Source: Flaccisagitta enflata
Taxonomy: Eukaryota
Assembly (NCBI GenBank): GCA_965153355.1
Contig: OZ231126.1
Span: 2,666,001-2,730,000, forward strand
Direction of reading: 5' to 3'
DNA: 64,000 nt
Positions 1 to 14,466 of the stretch are shown here, in pieces. The notes below the pieces were generated by a model. It saw nothing but the letters and a program-made list of their open reading frames with translations. It searched no databases and was not told where the DNA came from. The position numbers were made by a program, and so were the translations under genes. Each line of letters opens with the position of its first letter. Position 1 is the stretch's first letter.

Positions 1-3000
1 TCAGAATACAGAATGATAGATGAAGATTGAACTAAGAACTACTCTGGATAACTGAAGTGATCTGAGGAGTATAAGTGACTGAGTCTATGTGAATATTCAT
101 CCATTTATGTTGTGTCAATTAATAGTCCCATTGACTCATAGTGTGTGACTACCTTCAGAATACAGAATGATAGATGAAGATTGAACTAAGAACTACTCTG
201 GATAACTGAAGTGATCTGAGGAGTATAAGTGACTGAGTCTATGTGAATATTCATCCATATATGTTGTGTCAATTAATACTCCCATTGACTCATAGTGTGT
301 GACTACCTTCAGAATACAGAGTGATAGATGAAGATTGAACTAAGAACTACTCTGGATAATTGAAGTAATCTGAGGAGTATAAGTGACTGAGTCTATGGGA
401 ATATTCATCCATATATGTTGTGTCAATTAATACTCCCATTGACTCATAGTGTGTGACTACCTTCAGAATACAGAATGATAGATGGAGATGTAACTAAGAA
501 CTACTCTGGATAACTGAAGTGATCTGAGGAGTATAAGTGACTGAGTCTATTTGAATATTCATCCATTTATTTTGTGTCAATTAATAGTCCCATTGACTCA
601 TAGTGTGTGACTACCTTCAGAATACAGAATGATAGATGAAGATTGAACTAAGAACTACTCTGGATAACTGAAGTGATCTGAGGAGTATAAGTGACTGAGT
701 CTATGTGAATATTCATCCATTTATGTTGTGTCAATTAATAGTCCCATTGACTCATAGTGTGTGACTACCTTCAGAATACAGAATGATAGATGAAGATTGA
801 ACTAAGAACTACTCTGGATAACTGAAGTGATCTGAGGAGTATAAGTGACTGAGTCTATGTGAATATTCATCCATATATGTTGTGTCAATTAATACTCCCA
901 TTGACTCATAGTGTGTGACTACCTTCAGAATACAGAATGATAGATGAAGATTGAATTAAGATCTTCTCTGGATAACTGAAGTGATCTTAGGAGTATTAGT
1001 GACTGAGTCTATGTGAATATTCATCCATATATGTGTGTGTCAATTAATACTCCCATTGACTCAAAGTGTGTGACTACCTTCAGAATACAGAATGATAGAT
1101 GAAGATTGAACTAAGAACCACTCTGGATAACTGAAGTGATCTTAGGAGTGTAAGTGACTGAGTCTATGTGAATATTCATCCATTTATGTGTGTGTCAATT
1201 AATACTCCCATTGACTCAAAGTGTGTGACTACCTTCAGAGTACAGAATGATAAATGAAGATTGAACTAAGAACTACTCTGGATAATTGAAGAAATCTGAG
1301 GAGTATAAGTGACTGAGTTTATGTGAATATTCATTCATATATGTGTGTGTCAATTAATACTCCCATTGACTCAAAGTGTGTGACTACCTTTGGAATACAG
1401 AATGATAGATGAAGATTGAACTAAGAACCACTCTGGATAACAGAAGTGATCTTAGGAGTGTAAGTGACTGAGTCTATGTGAATATTCATCCATATATGTT
1501 GTGTCAATTAATATTCCCATTGACTCAAAGTGGGTGACTACCTTCAGAATACAGAATGATAGATGAAGATGGAACTAAGAACTACTCTGGATAACTGAAG
1601 TGATCTGAGAAGTATAAGTGACTGAGTCTATGTGAATATTCATCCATATACGTTGTGTCAATTAATATTCCCATTGACTCATAGTGTGTGACTACCTTCA
1701 GAATACAGAATGATAGATGAAGATTGAACTAAGAACTACTTTGGATAACTGAAGTGATCTGAGGAGTATAAGTGACTGAGTCCATATGAATATTCATCCA
1801 TATATGTTGTGTCAATTAATACATCTATTGACTCAAAGTGTGTGACTACCTTCAGAATACAGAATGATAGATGAAGATTGAACTAAGAACTACTCTGGAT
1901 AACTGAAGTGATCTGAGGAGTATAAGTGACTGAGTCTATGTGAATATTCATCCATTTATGTTGTGTCAATTAATAGTCCCATTGACTCAAAGTGTGTGAC
2001 TACCTTCAGAATACAGAATGATAGATGAAGATTGAACTAAGAACTACTCTGGATAACTGAAGTGATCTGAGGAGTATAAGTGACTGAGTCTATGTGAATA
2101 TTCATCCATATATGTTGTGTCAATTAATACTCCCATTGACTCATAGTGTGTGACTACCTTCAGAATACAGAATGATAGATGAAGATTGAATTAAGATCTA
2201 CTCTGGATAACTGAAGTGATCTTAGGAGTATTAGTGACTGAGTCTATGTGAATATTCATCCATATATGTGTGTGTCAATTAATACTCCCATTGACTCAAA
2301 GTGTGTGACTACCTTCAGAATACAGGATGATAGATGAAGATTGAACTAAGAACCACTCTGGATAACTGAAGTGATCGTAGGAGTGTAAGTGACTGAGTCT
2401 ATGTGAATATTCATCCATATATGTGTGTGTCAATTAATACTCCCATTGACTCAAAGTGTGTGACTACCTTCAGAATACAGAATGATAAATGAAGATTGAA
2501 CTAAGAACTACTCTGGATAATTGAAGTAATCTGCGGAGTATAAGTGACTGAGTTTATGTGAATATTCATCCATAATTGTGTGTGTCAATTAATACTCCCA
2601 TTGACTCAAAGTGTGTGACTACCTTTGGAATACAGAATGATAGATGAAGATTGAACTAAGAACCTTTCTGGATAACAGAAGTGATCTTAGGAGTGTAAGT
2701 GACTGAGTCTATGTGAATATTCATCCATATATGTTGTGTCAATTAATATTCCCATTGACTCAAAGTGGGTGACTACCTTCAGAATACAGAATGATAGATG
2801 AAGATGGAACTAAGAACTACTCTGGATAACTGAAGTGATCTGAGAAGTATAAGTGACTGAGTCTATGTGAATATTCATCCATATAGGTTGTGTCAATTAA
2901 TATTCCCATTGACTCATAGTGTGTGACTACCTTCAGAATACAGAATGATAGATGAAGATTGAACTAAGAACTACTTTGGATAACTGAAGTGATCTGAGGA

Positions 3001-3640
3001 GTATAAGTGACTGAGTCCATATGAATATTCATCCATATATGTTGTGTCAATTAATACATCCATTGACTCAAAGTGTGTGACTACCTTCAGAATACAGAAT
3101 GATAGATGAAGATTGAACTAAGAACTACTCTGGATAACTGAAGTGATCTGGGGAGTATAAGTGACTGAGTCTATGTGAATATTCATCCATATATGTTGTG
3201 TCAATTAATATTCCCACTGACTCAAAGTGTGTGACTACCTTCAGAATACAGAATGATAGATGAAGATTGAACTAAGAACCACTCTGGATAATTGAAGTAA
3301 TCTGAGGAGTATAAGTGACTGAGTCTATGTGAATATTCATCCATATATGTTGTGTCAAATAATACTCCCATTGACTCATAGTGTGTGACTACCTTCAGAA
3401 TACAGAATGATAGATGAAGATTGAACTAAGAACTTCTCTGGATAACTGAAGTGATCTGAGGAGTATAAGTGAATATTCGTCCATATATGTTGTGTCAATT
3501 AATATTCCCATTGACTCAAAGTGTGTGACTACCTTCAGAATACAGAATGATAGATGAAGATTGAACTAAGAACTACTCTGGATAATTGAAGTAATCTGAG
3601 GAGAATGAATGACTGAGTCTATGTGAATGTTCATCCATCT
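1..3640. repeat. Tandem satellite, 154/155-bp monomer, about 23.5 copies visible (open at window start), with an 8-mer higher-order repeat
   Basis: TCAGAATACAG recurs at 1, 155, 309 and so on. Diagnostic variants recur exactly 1235 bp apart (951/2186, 1391/2626, 1531/2766, 1736/2971). Confidence 0.97.
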
Positions 3641-3689
3641 TTGTTGTTAATATTCATGTCGACTCAACAAATGAGTCGCTAGGTTTCAT

Positions 3690-5625
3690 AATTTGGTTTT
3701 GGTTTGTAGGGTTGAGTTAGTTTGTTAGGGTTAGCGTTAGGGTTAGGGTTGCAAGGGTAAGGTAAAGGTTAGTGGGTTTAAGTTGGGTTTGGGTTAGGGT
3801 TAAGGTTGCAGACCTACTAGAGTTAGGGTTAATGGGTTTGGGTTAAGCTTAGGGGTTTGGCTTAGGGTCAGGGTTGGAGACCTACTAACCCCAACCCTAA
3901 CTCAAACCCAGTAACCCTAACCCACTAACTCTTATATTTCCACTCTAATCCTAACCTTAATTATAACCCAGAGAGAGAAAGAGGGTTAGATAAGAGCTAG
4001 AGTTATGGTTAGGGTTAGTGGGTTTTGGTAAGAGTTAGTGAGTTAGGGTTAAGGTTCGGGTTGGAGACTTTCTAACCCTAACCATCTTGCCCTAACCCTA
4101 AGCTCAACCCTAACCTTTTTATTCCAACCCTAACCCTATCATCTATCCTTAAACTCAAACCCTAACCCTAACATGCTAACCCTAACCCACATATCCTAAC
4201 CCTAACCTTAAAAACATAACCCTAACCCTATCATCTATCCCTAAAATCAAACCCTAACCCTAAACTATTTGGACGAAGTTGTGGGGTACGGGTTAGGGTT
4301 AGACCTAATTTTTGAGGGACATAGATCTTACTGAAATGAAGGGTTAGGGTTTGACTTCACTTTGGAGGGATGTCAAACTGAAATGAAGGGTTAGGGTTAG
4401 GGTTTGACTTCATATAGTGATACAAAGGGTTAGGGTTAGACTTCACTTTGGAGGGACATGTTACTGAAATGAAGGGTTAGGGTTAGGGTTTGACCTTACT
4501 TTAATGGGATGTCCAACTGAAATGAAGGGTAAGGGTTAGGGTTTGACTTCACTTTGGCGGGATGTCTTACTAATATGAAATGGAGGTTTGGGTTAGGGTT
4601 TGACTTCATGTAGTGATACAAAGGGTTAGATTTAGACTTCACTTTGGAGGGACATCTTACTGAAATGAAGGGTTAGGGTTAGGCTTTGACTTCACCTACT
4701 GAAATGAAGGGTTAGGGTTAGAGTTTGACTTCACTTTTGAGGTATGTCCTACTGAAATAAATTGAAAGGTAAGGGTTACGGTTTGACTTCACATAGTGAA
4801 AAAAAAGAGTTAGACTTCACTTTTGAGGGACATCTTACTTACTAAAATGAAAGGTTAGGGTCAGGGTCTTACTTCACTTTGGTGGGATGTCTTACTAAAA
4901 TGAAGAGGTTAGGGTTTGGGTTTCACTTCATATAGTTATACGAAGGGTTAGGGTTAGACTTAACTTTGGAGGGACATCTTACTGAAATGAAGGGTTAGGG
5001 TTAGGGTTTGACTTCACTTACTGAAGTGAAGGATTAGGGTGAGACTTTGGAGGGATGTCTTAATAAAATAAAGGGTAAGGGTTAGGGTTAGGGTGCTAAC
5101 CCTAACCCACATATCCTAACCCTTACCTTAAAAACATAACCCTAACCCTATCATCTATCCCAAAACTAAAACCCTAACCCTGAACTATATGGATGAAGTT
5201 GCGGGTCATGGGTTAAGGTTAGACTTAACTTTGGAGAGACATCTTACTGAAATGAAGGGTTAGGGTTAGGGTTTAAACCAAAAGCGTAATAGTGCTATAC
5301 TTTCTTATAACGCTAACCCTAACCCTAACCCGCAACGCTCATGAGCGTGTACATGGCGCTCACTTAGTGAAACATTAACCCTAACCCTAACCCAAACCCT
5401 AACCCTAACCTTGTTATCCAGCCCTAACCCTAACCCTAACCCAAGAAACATAACCCTAACCCTAACCCGAGAAACATAACCCTAACCCTATCAGCTATCC
5501 TTAATCTCAAACCCTAACCCTAACACTAACCCTAACCCGTACAACTGAAGTGCATTTGCGGGAATGGGTTTGTTTTCACTTTGGAGATACCTCTTACTGA
5601 AAGGAAGGGTTGGGGTTAGGGGTGA
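3690..5625. repeat. Degenerate telomere-like (TTAGGG/CCCTAA) region with alternating polarity and a ~50-bp TTAGGG-containing subrepeat
   Basis: Short runs of GGTTAG and CCCTAA. The unit GACTTCACTTTGGAGGGACATCTTACTGAAATGAAGGGTTAGGGTTAGGGTTT repeats over ~4300-5270. A ~130-bp block is duplicated at ~4174 and ~5094. Confidence 0.9.
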
Positions 5626-5770
5626 AATATTCACATTGATTCAGTGCTCTTTGAATCACTTCAGATTACTAGGGTAGATCTTTACTAAGATCCTATTCAA
5701 GCATTCTCTATCTTGTCGCTTGAAACATTTTTTGAGTCAACAGGAATATTAATAGACATACAAGAGACAT

Positions 5771-5775
<5 letters not shown>

Positions 5776-5852
<77 letters not shown>

Positions 5853-5903
5853 CTTTTTTGATTAATATTCACATCGACTCAACTTTTGAGTCACATAGAA
5901 TAT

Positions 5904-5976
<73 letters not shown>

Positions 5977-6495
5977 AACTTTTGATTAATATTAATATTC
6001 ACATCGACCTTTGAGTCACTTGGAATATTATCTCTGGTGACAACTGATTTGTGTCAACCAATATGATTCTAACCAGCTTACCCCATCTTAGTCGAGCAGA
6101 ATATTCAATACCATAGATTTTGAATAATGAGTCTCTTGGAATATTAATTTTGTGATATGGTGCATGGTGCATGGGCTGTGGATCTCGCGATCTCTCATGA
6201 ATGTACCATTTCCTTCACTTTGTCATCAAAAAAAAGCTGAGTCTATAACAAATTTCCTTCTGAAATGGAATTAATATTCATATTGGCTTGAAGTGACTCT
6301 AATTTGCTGCATAATATTCCAATCGACCTGAATCGACCCAGAGCGACCCAAAGAGACTCAAAGGCGACTCATCGACTCATTGGATTGCATTGAAAATAAT
6401 CTTCTTGCAAGAATTTCCTTGTTAGTTATCATGAGAGAAAACCCGATGCTTATTTAAGAGAGAGAGAGAGAGAGAGAAGAAGAGAGAGATAAAAG

Positions 6496-6585
<90 letters not shown>
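5776..6585. repeat. Cluster of (CT)n/(GA)n microsatellites among decayed satellite-like motifs
   Basis: (CT)n at ~5776-5848, ~5908-5973 and ~6498-6585. AATATTC and GACTCA/TGAGTC motifs are shared with the satellite. Confidence 0.85.
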
Positions 6586-6591
<6 letters not shown>

Positions 6592-6634
6592 TCTTCACCT
6601 TTTCCTTTGTCTGTCAGTCAGTGGGTCGTGACGG

Positions 6635-6790
6635 TTTTTAGTCGCGGACACGCGACTCTACACCTTGCCGTGTCGGTCGGTCCGTCCGTCCGTCGGTCCG
6701 TCCGTCACATTTCTAAATTCTGAGCGGTTTTTGCGGTACTGCTCCAGCCCAACCGTCCGCGACTGGATTGCCGTGTATCCGGCCTTGTTT
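6635..6790 (+). mobile_element. Short HINE/DINE-1-like (non-autonomous Helentron-type) element, representative of many dispersed copies
   Basis: T-run, 5' hairpin TAGTCGCGGACACGCGACT, (GTCC/GTCG)n tract, 3' end GCCGTGTATCCGGCCTTGTT. Related copies on either strand at ~8370, 14055, 14150, 17535, 17870, 18040, 18700, 19755, 31395, 31800, 33585, 38435, 47040, 57740, 61070, 61725. Confidence 0.75.
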
Positions 6791-6997
6791 ACCATGATGT
6801 CGAGTGACCGACACCATGGGGTGTGACTGTCGATTCCGACAGTCACGACATAAGTTCTCCCAACGCTAGGACCCACGCATCTACCCATGGCCGGACTGAC
6901 GGACATGCCCTTGTATATAAAGTTGCAAAGTGACCACTATTAACAGAAACTTTCAACGAAAACTAGAGGGGAGCTTCTGTGAACTTTTTAAAATTAC

Positions 6998-7150
6998 CTG
7001 ATTATGAATAAATCTGACAAATTGAACGACAATTTGAAGAGCGTCTTTGAAGCTTTCGTCGGTGACACTTTTGCTCGTGTCAATGACAAACACGACGTCG
7101 ACTCTGACATGACCGCACTCAGCCGATCGTTCGCAACTTCGACCATCATC
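6998..7150 (-). CDS. VWA/EGF (matrilin-like) protein, exon D: end of EGF and start of a VWA domain with MIDAS motif
   Basis: cag|DDGRSCERSAECGHVRVDVVFVIDTSKSVTDESFKDALQIVVQFVRFIHNQ|gtaatt; 153 nt, phase 0-0; DxSxS present. Confidence 0.9.
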
Positions 7151-7420
7151 CTGCAGAGTGAGTGTTTCTACTAAAGATGAAAAACGCGTTTGTTACCGTT
7201 GAAAGCATTCACAGCGTGAAGACATATTAAAAAATTTTAACTGTCCCGCGAGGGAGTGAGCAAAGTGAGTGAGCGAGCCCGTGAACAGAGCAAGCGAGAG
7301 AAGCAAACATAGCAAAGCGAAGCGCTGAAGAGTAAATGAGCGGAGTGAGCAGTGCGAGCGAACGAACGTAGCGAGCGACCGAGTGGCCCGTTCAAAACGC
7401 GATTGTCTCTGACTAGAAAC
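7151..7420 (-). mobile_element. MITE-like insertion that makes up an entire 270-nt GT-AG intron (candidate Introner)
   Basis: The intron starts GTTTCTAG and has the inverted counterpart TAGAAAC near its 3' end. It ends in TCACTCTGCAG, a perfect 11-bp copy of the end of the upstream exon. The interior is (CGCT/CACT)-rich. Confidence 0.7.
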
Positions 7421-7570
7421 CTGCAGAGTGAATCCAGTCAGGCACTCGCAACCCGCAAACACGTTTCCATTGTACTCGACGCAATTTTGTTGACATCCTC
7501 CGTTGTGATCGTCGCAAGTGGAAGAAGCAGTCGAGCATATCAAGCCTTGGCCAATCTCATCGTTGAAGAA
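7421..7570 (-). CDS. VWA/EGF protein, exon C: VWA C-terminal helix and EGF-like domain
   Basis: tag|FFNDEIGQGLICSTASSTCDDHNGGCQQNCVEYNGNVFAGCECLTGFTLQ|gtttct; 150 nt, phase 0-0; C-x3-NGGC-x3-C...CxC-x2-GF spacing. Confidence 0.9.
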
Positions 7571-7822
7571 CTAGAAGGCAGGTGAAAACAAAGCTGAATT
7601 ACTCTGGGGACAAAAAAAATAACAAGGCCGGATACACGAATACACGGGCATCAGAAATGCGGACCCACTTTTCAACTCTATCACCACGCAGGGGCAGAAA
7701 GGACGGACGAGTTTGTCCCTTTCAAACGAATCTATAAAAGATTAGTCCCTGTTTAAAGATCACAAAACTATGTCACAACGGACGGAGCAAAGCCTCTTAT
7801 AACAGTTGCGTGTCCGCAACTA

Positions 7823-9373
<1,551 letters not shown>

Positions 9374-9591
9374 CGTTGGTTGTCTTCAAAGTAGGTCTTT
9401 GCCGCATACAGAGCTTCCGCTGTGTTCGTCTCAAGTTTCGTTATAGATCGCTTTTTGATGTTTTTGATCTTTTTCTCGAGCGACAGAATATCTCCAGTGA
9501 TAGATTGTTCAAAAAAGAGGTCAATATGAGCATCTCCTTCAAACTGAATGATGGCCAGTCGAGCATCTTGAGATGATAGCGGAAATTCACT
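9374..9591 (-). CDS. VWA/EGF protein, exon A: VWA middle part
   Basis: cag|SEFPLSSQDARLAIIQFEG...ETNTAEALYAAKTYFEDNQ(R)|gtctgt; 218 nt, phase 0-2, joins exon B in frame; TNTxxAL motif carrying the MIDAS Thr. Confidence 0.85.
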
Positions 9592-10446
9592 CTGATTGGG
9601 TAAGAGCATGTTAAGGTCATAGTGCTATTCTTTTCTCTGTTTTGTTTTGACCGCTACTATTTGACCAGGACTCTTCCTTTTGATCCTCTTCCTCTTCATT
9701 CTTCACCTCATTTTGCTTTTATTTCTACTTCTGATTCTTACTGCCTCTCCACTCTTCCATTTCTTGTATTTTAATGTTTTTAGCTTGTATTTGTTGTACT
9801 TTTGGAAACGGTGATGGGGCCTAAACCGGCCAGGATTAAGGCTAATGTGTAGTTTTACCCTTTTTCCTGTGAGTCCAAAGCCTCGGCTGAGGTACAACAA
9901 TTCATTTGTTTGTTTTTTATTGTTTTTTATTGTCTTTCCCTTTTTCCTCATTGCCACTTTGAAAACATTGGTCGATTTGGTGGAATTTTTTGATACATCA
10001 TACCCACATATTTTTTCTCACTTGTTTAAGCATGCTGATCGTGTTTTTTGCACCGTCACGGTGTCCCACGGTCAATAAGACGGTAAAACAACGTTAAAAC
10101 GCCAATTATGTGCGGGCGAACATTTTTTCCGAAAAAAGTTTCAAAAGTGATGTGTTTTGACATGTTCTTCCTTCTCGAGTTCGTTATGAATTGTAATTGA
10201 AGTGGCAAAGGCCTTATTTGAATTTTCTTATTTTTTTATTCTTGGAGCAAATTTTGTTGTGTGCTGATCCCCGAGAGAGGTATTTAAGTATTGGTCAAAT
10301 CTAATGATCCCATCTTCCCGATCCCGAAAAAAAGCGTGTCATTTAAAGTGCGATCTTATCAACGTGAATCAAATGTAACAGGTGATCATGTATCAGTGAC
10401 CAACGGATGGACGGAGCCTCTAATGAATGTTCGCGATAGCGAGCGG

Positions 10447-10483
<37 letters not shown>

Positions 10484-10493
10484 TCCTCCTGTC

Positions 10494-11540
10494 TAGTCGA
10501 GTCGGCCCGTTTTGTCGAGTCGGCCTGTTTTGTCGAGTCGGCCCGTTTTGTCAAGTTGGCCTGTTTTGTCAAGTTGGCCAGTTTTGTCGAGTTGGCCTGT
10601 TTTATTGAGTGGGCCCATTTTGTCAAGTCGGCCTGTTTTGTCAAGTTGGCCAGTTTTGTCATGTTGACCTGTTTTGTCAAGTCGGCCTGTTTTGTCAAGT
10701 CGGCCTATTTTGTCAAGTCGGCCTATTTTGTCAAGTCGGCCTATTTTTTCAAGTTGGCCTATTTTGTCAAGTTGGCCTATTTCATCAAGTGGGCCTGTTT
10801 TGTCAAGTCGGCTTGGTTTGTCAAGTTGGCCTGGTTTGTCAAGTCAGCCTGTTTTGTCAAGTTGGCCCGTTTTGTCAAGCCGGCCCATTTTGTCAAGCCG
10901 GCCCATTTTGTCAAGCCGGCCCATTTTGTCAAGCCGTCCCGTTTTGTCAAGCAGGCCCGTTTTATCAAGTTGGCCCGTTTTGTCCAGTCAGCTCGTTTTG
11001 TCAAGTCGGCCCATTTTGTCGAGTCGGCACATTTTGTCGAGTCGGCCTGTTTTGTCGAGTCGGCCTGTTTTGTCAAGTTGGCCAGTTTTGTCGAGTTGTT
11101 ATTGAGTTATTGAGTGGGCCCATTTTGTCATGTCGCCCTGTTTTGTCAAGTTGGTCAAGTTGGTCCATTTTCCAAGTTTGCCCATTTGGCCTAAGTAAAC
11201 AACTCGTCACTGCGGTTGTGCACTTGTTTTTTTCACGAATACATAACTGCAACCGTACCCCTAACCCTACCCTAACCCCACCCCTAAACCTAACATAACT
11301 TCTGACCCTAACCCTACCTCTAACCCCACCCCTATCCCTAACCCAACCCCTTACCCTAACGTAAACCCCAGCCAAAACCCACTTGCGAGAAAGTATTGAT
11401 CAGCCGAAAAACAAAAGACCAATTTCCCTTTCTCCTCCTAGACCGCTCATTTTCCCTAGTCGGCCCAGTTTCCCTAGTCGGCCCATTTTCCCTAGTCGGC
11501 CCATTTTCCCTAGTCGGCCCATTTTCCCTAGTCGGCCCTT
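10494..11540. repeat. 18-bp minisatellite (TTTTGTCAAGTCGGCCYR) with an internal CCCTAA-like tract (~11255-11375); resumes at ~17290-17390
   Basis: Direct periodicity. Variant unit TTTTCCCTAGTCGGCCCA at ~11450-11538. Confidence 0.9.
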
Positions 11541-11583
11541 TTTAGATGCGTCCTCGCATCTCTATAAGAGGGTCTGTCCGTCC

Positions 11584-11614
<31 letters not shown>

Positions 11615-12991
11615 TGTATGTCCGTTAACCTTACCTCAAAAATCCCCCTTATCCATCTCCAATCACTCACCAACCACCCCTGATCATTTTTAGATGCGTC
11701 CTCGCATCTCCATAAGAGGGTCTGTCCGTCCGTATGTATGTATGTATGTCCGTTAACCCTACCTCAAAACTCCCCCTTATCCATCTCCAATCACTCACCA
11801 ACCAACCCTGATCATTTTTAGATGCGTCCTCGCATCTCTATAAGAGGGTCTGTCCGTCCGTATGTATGTATGTATGTCCGTTAACCCTACCTCAAAAATC
11901 CCCCTTATCCATCTCCAATCACTCACCAACCACCCCTGATCATTTTTAGATGCGTCCTCGCATCTCTATAAGAGGGTCTGTCCGTCCGAATGTATGTATG
12001 TATGTATGTCCGTTAACCCTACCTCAAAAATCCCCCTTATCCATCTCCAATCACTCACCAACCACCCCTGATCATTTTTAGATGCGTCCTCGCATCTCTA
12101 TAAGAGGGTCTGTCCGTCCGTATGTATGTATGTCCGTATGTATGTCCGTTAACCCTACCTCAAAAATCCCGCTTATCCATCTCCAATCACTCACCAACCA
12201 CCCCTGATCATTTTTAGATGCGTCCTCGCATCTCTATAAGAGGGTCTGTCCGTCCGTATGTATGTATTAGCCTGTACTGAAATGACTAAATCAAAAAAAT
12301 CGACATTCTACGAGCGGTTCATGTTGTGGAGCTGTCTTGGGCTTCGATGGTCATCAATTTCAGCTTCAAAAGTTTACATCTTGCTTTCCGCGCCTTACCT
12401 TGAACTTCCCATGGGTCAATAGGAAACTGAAAATCTCAAATTGCTCATATCAAAATTTTGACTGCAGATTTGAAATCTGCATGAAAAACTGTCTGTTGAA
12501 AGTGCTTTTCTTTTTTCGGGATCATTATCAAAATCCACGCTAAAGATTTTTAAAGAAGGTAAGTTCAATGATTTTACAAAGAAATTAAAAGGAAAAGTAT
12601 GTTTCGCGATATTTGACAACACTTTTGACCACCTTCCAATTGGAATATCAAAAAAAGGAAAACACTTTCAATTAGGCATGTTCCAAGGGACAATATGTCC
12701 TTCGGAGGGAGGGGAGGGGATTTATTTTGTCCCTCCCTCAAGGGGAGCCGAAAGATCCGAATGTTTTGCTTTATACTACTTCATTTCAGGATGGAAATAG
12801 CGGGCATACGCCAGAGAGAGCCAAAACAGTTTTAGATCACTTTCAGAAAGTTTAGTTGTTTATGAAAGGAAACCTAGGGAACAAAATAAGCAACTAGCTC
12901 TTACAACTGATATGTTGTTAAAATAATCTATTTCTTTTTAAACAAAACTGAACCCCGACTAATAATCTTGGACATTCAGGTGGAAAGGCTT

Positions 12992-13221
<230 letters not shown>

Positions 13222-13696
13222 ATGATGTCGACACAAATGTTGCCAGATTTATTTTTGTCATCTCATACTTACTAAAAAAATCGTACAAATGAGCGTTCTC
13301 AGCATTCTTTTTACCTCTTCGCTTTCGATCCTTCAACCAATTTATCATTCATTCATTCATTCATTCATTTATTCATTCATTCATTCATTTATTCATTCAT
13401 CCATTCATTCATTCTTTCTTTCTTTAATCGCGAGACAAATATTGGCTTGAACTCGGCCTTTTTCTTTATCTCTTCCATTAGGCGTTTAAAAGTGTGACAC
13501 TGAAATTTCTACTTCATTTGATAAATCAATGTTTCTTTTTTCAACTGAGAAAAAAAAGTCAATTTGTGTGCCTGGCCTAAAAATGTATGAATGAACATTT
13601 TGGACGAATTAATATCTTTGATGAATGTGGGCATATATGGATGAAAATTGGAAGTGAATGAAAATGAATGAAATTGAATGAAAGATGATGAAAGTA

Positions 13697-13872
13697 CAGC
13701 TAAACCCCGCTCTAATGTATTTCAGGGGACCAACAATTTCATTCTGTTATATGCAGAATTCTGTTGTTGCCAATAAAGAAAATTAAAAAAATAATTTGAC
13801 GGGACCATAAATTTGCAGCTGTTACAGGCGGAATTCCGCTGGTTGCGGGTCCGTTAGAGCGGGGTTCAACTG
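13697..13872. mobile_element. Tc1/mariner-like MITE (TA TSD)
   Basis: TA|CAGCTAAACCCCGCTCTAA ... TTAGAGCGGGGTTCAACTG|TA. Relative at 63483-63659, partial end at ~49600. Confidence 0.8.
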
Positions 13873-14466
13873 TAAATGAAGGTGAATGAAAGTAGGAAGG
13901 TTGCAAGAATAAAGAAGGACGCCAGGATTGGCTGTTTTGCGCGGTTTTGACATTTGCGTGATAGACTGACAGATCAACCAACTGAGGGACAGACATGACT
14001 TCTTATGCAAGGACGCACAAAGAAATAAAGTCAAATTATGCTTAGCCTAACTCATTTTTAGTCGCGGACATGCGATTCTACACCTGAAGGTGTTGGTCCA
14101 TCCATCGGTCCGTCCATCCATTGGTCACATATAGCTAAATTGCGAGCGTTTTTAGTCGCGTGCACGCGACTCTACAACCCACTCTGTCTTTCTGTCGGTC
14201 GGTCGGTCGGTCGGTGACACTTTGCTTTTTTGCTGCTCCTGCCCACCCGCACGCGACTTTGGCTTGTGTATACGGCCTTGTTTGCATTACTTCTACTGCC
14301 CTACCGTCCGCAACTGGATTACCTTGTATCCGGCCTTGTTGATATAAGCAGTTTTTTTTAACATGGCATCAAAACGCGTTAAAAATAAGAATGTTGTAGT
14401 TATTTCATTAATAGCTATCTTTTGAAGGCGAAAGTGTAGAAAGTATGGTAAAACTACCTTATTTAC

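Noticed and set aside
1-3640. CRISPR-like regular array
   Set aside because: The whole monomer repeats with no unique spacers, and the context is eukaryotic.
3690-5625. True chromosome telomere
   Set aside because: Short degenerate runs, both polarities, and satellite continues distal to it.
6658-6906. 82-aa ORF with VWA-like YVVTVGI as the next exon
   Set aside because: It overlaps HINE sequence, has no suitable acceptor and lacks the intervening VWA motifs.
10291-11375. ~230-aa hexapeptide-repeat ORFs
   Set aside because: The 18-bp minisatellite is open in most frames on both strands, with no splice support.
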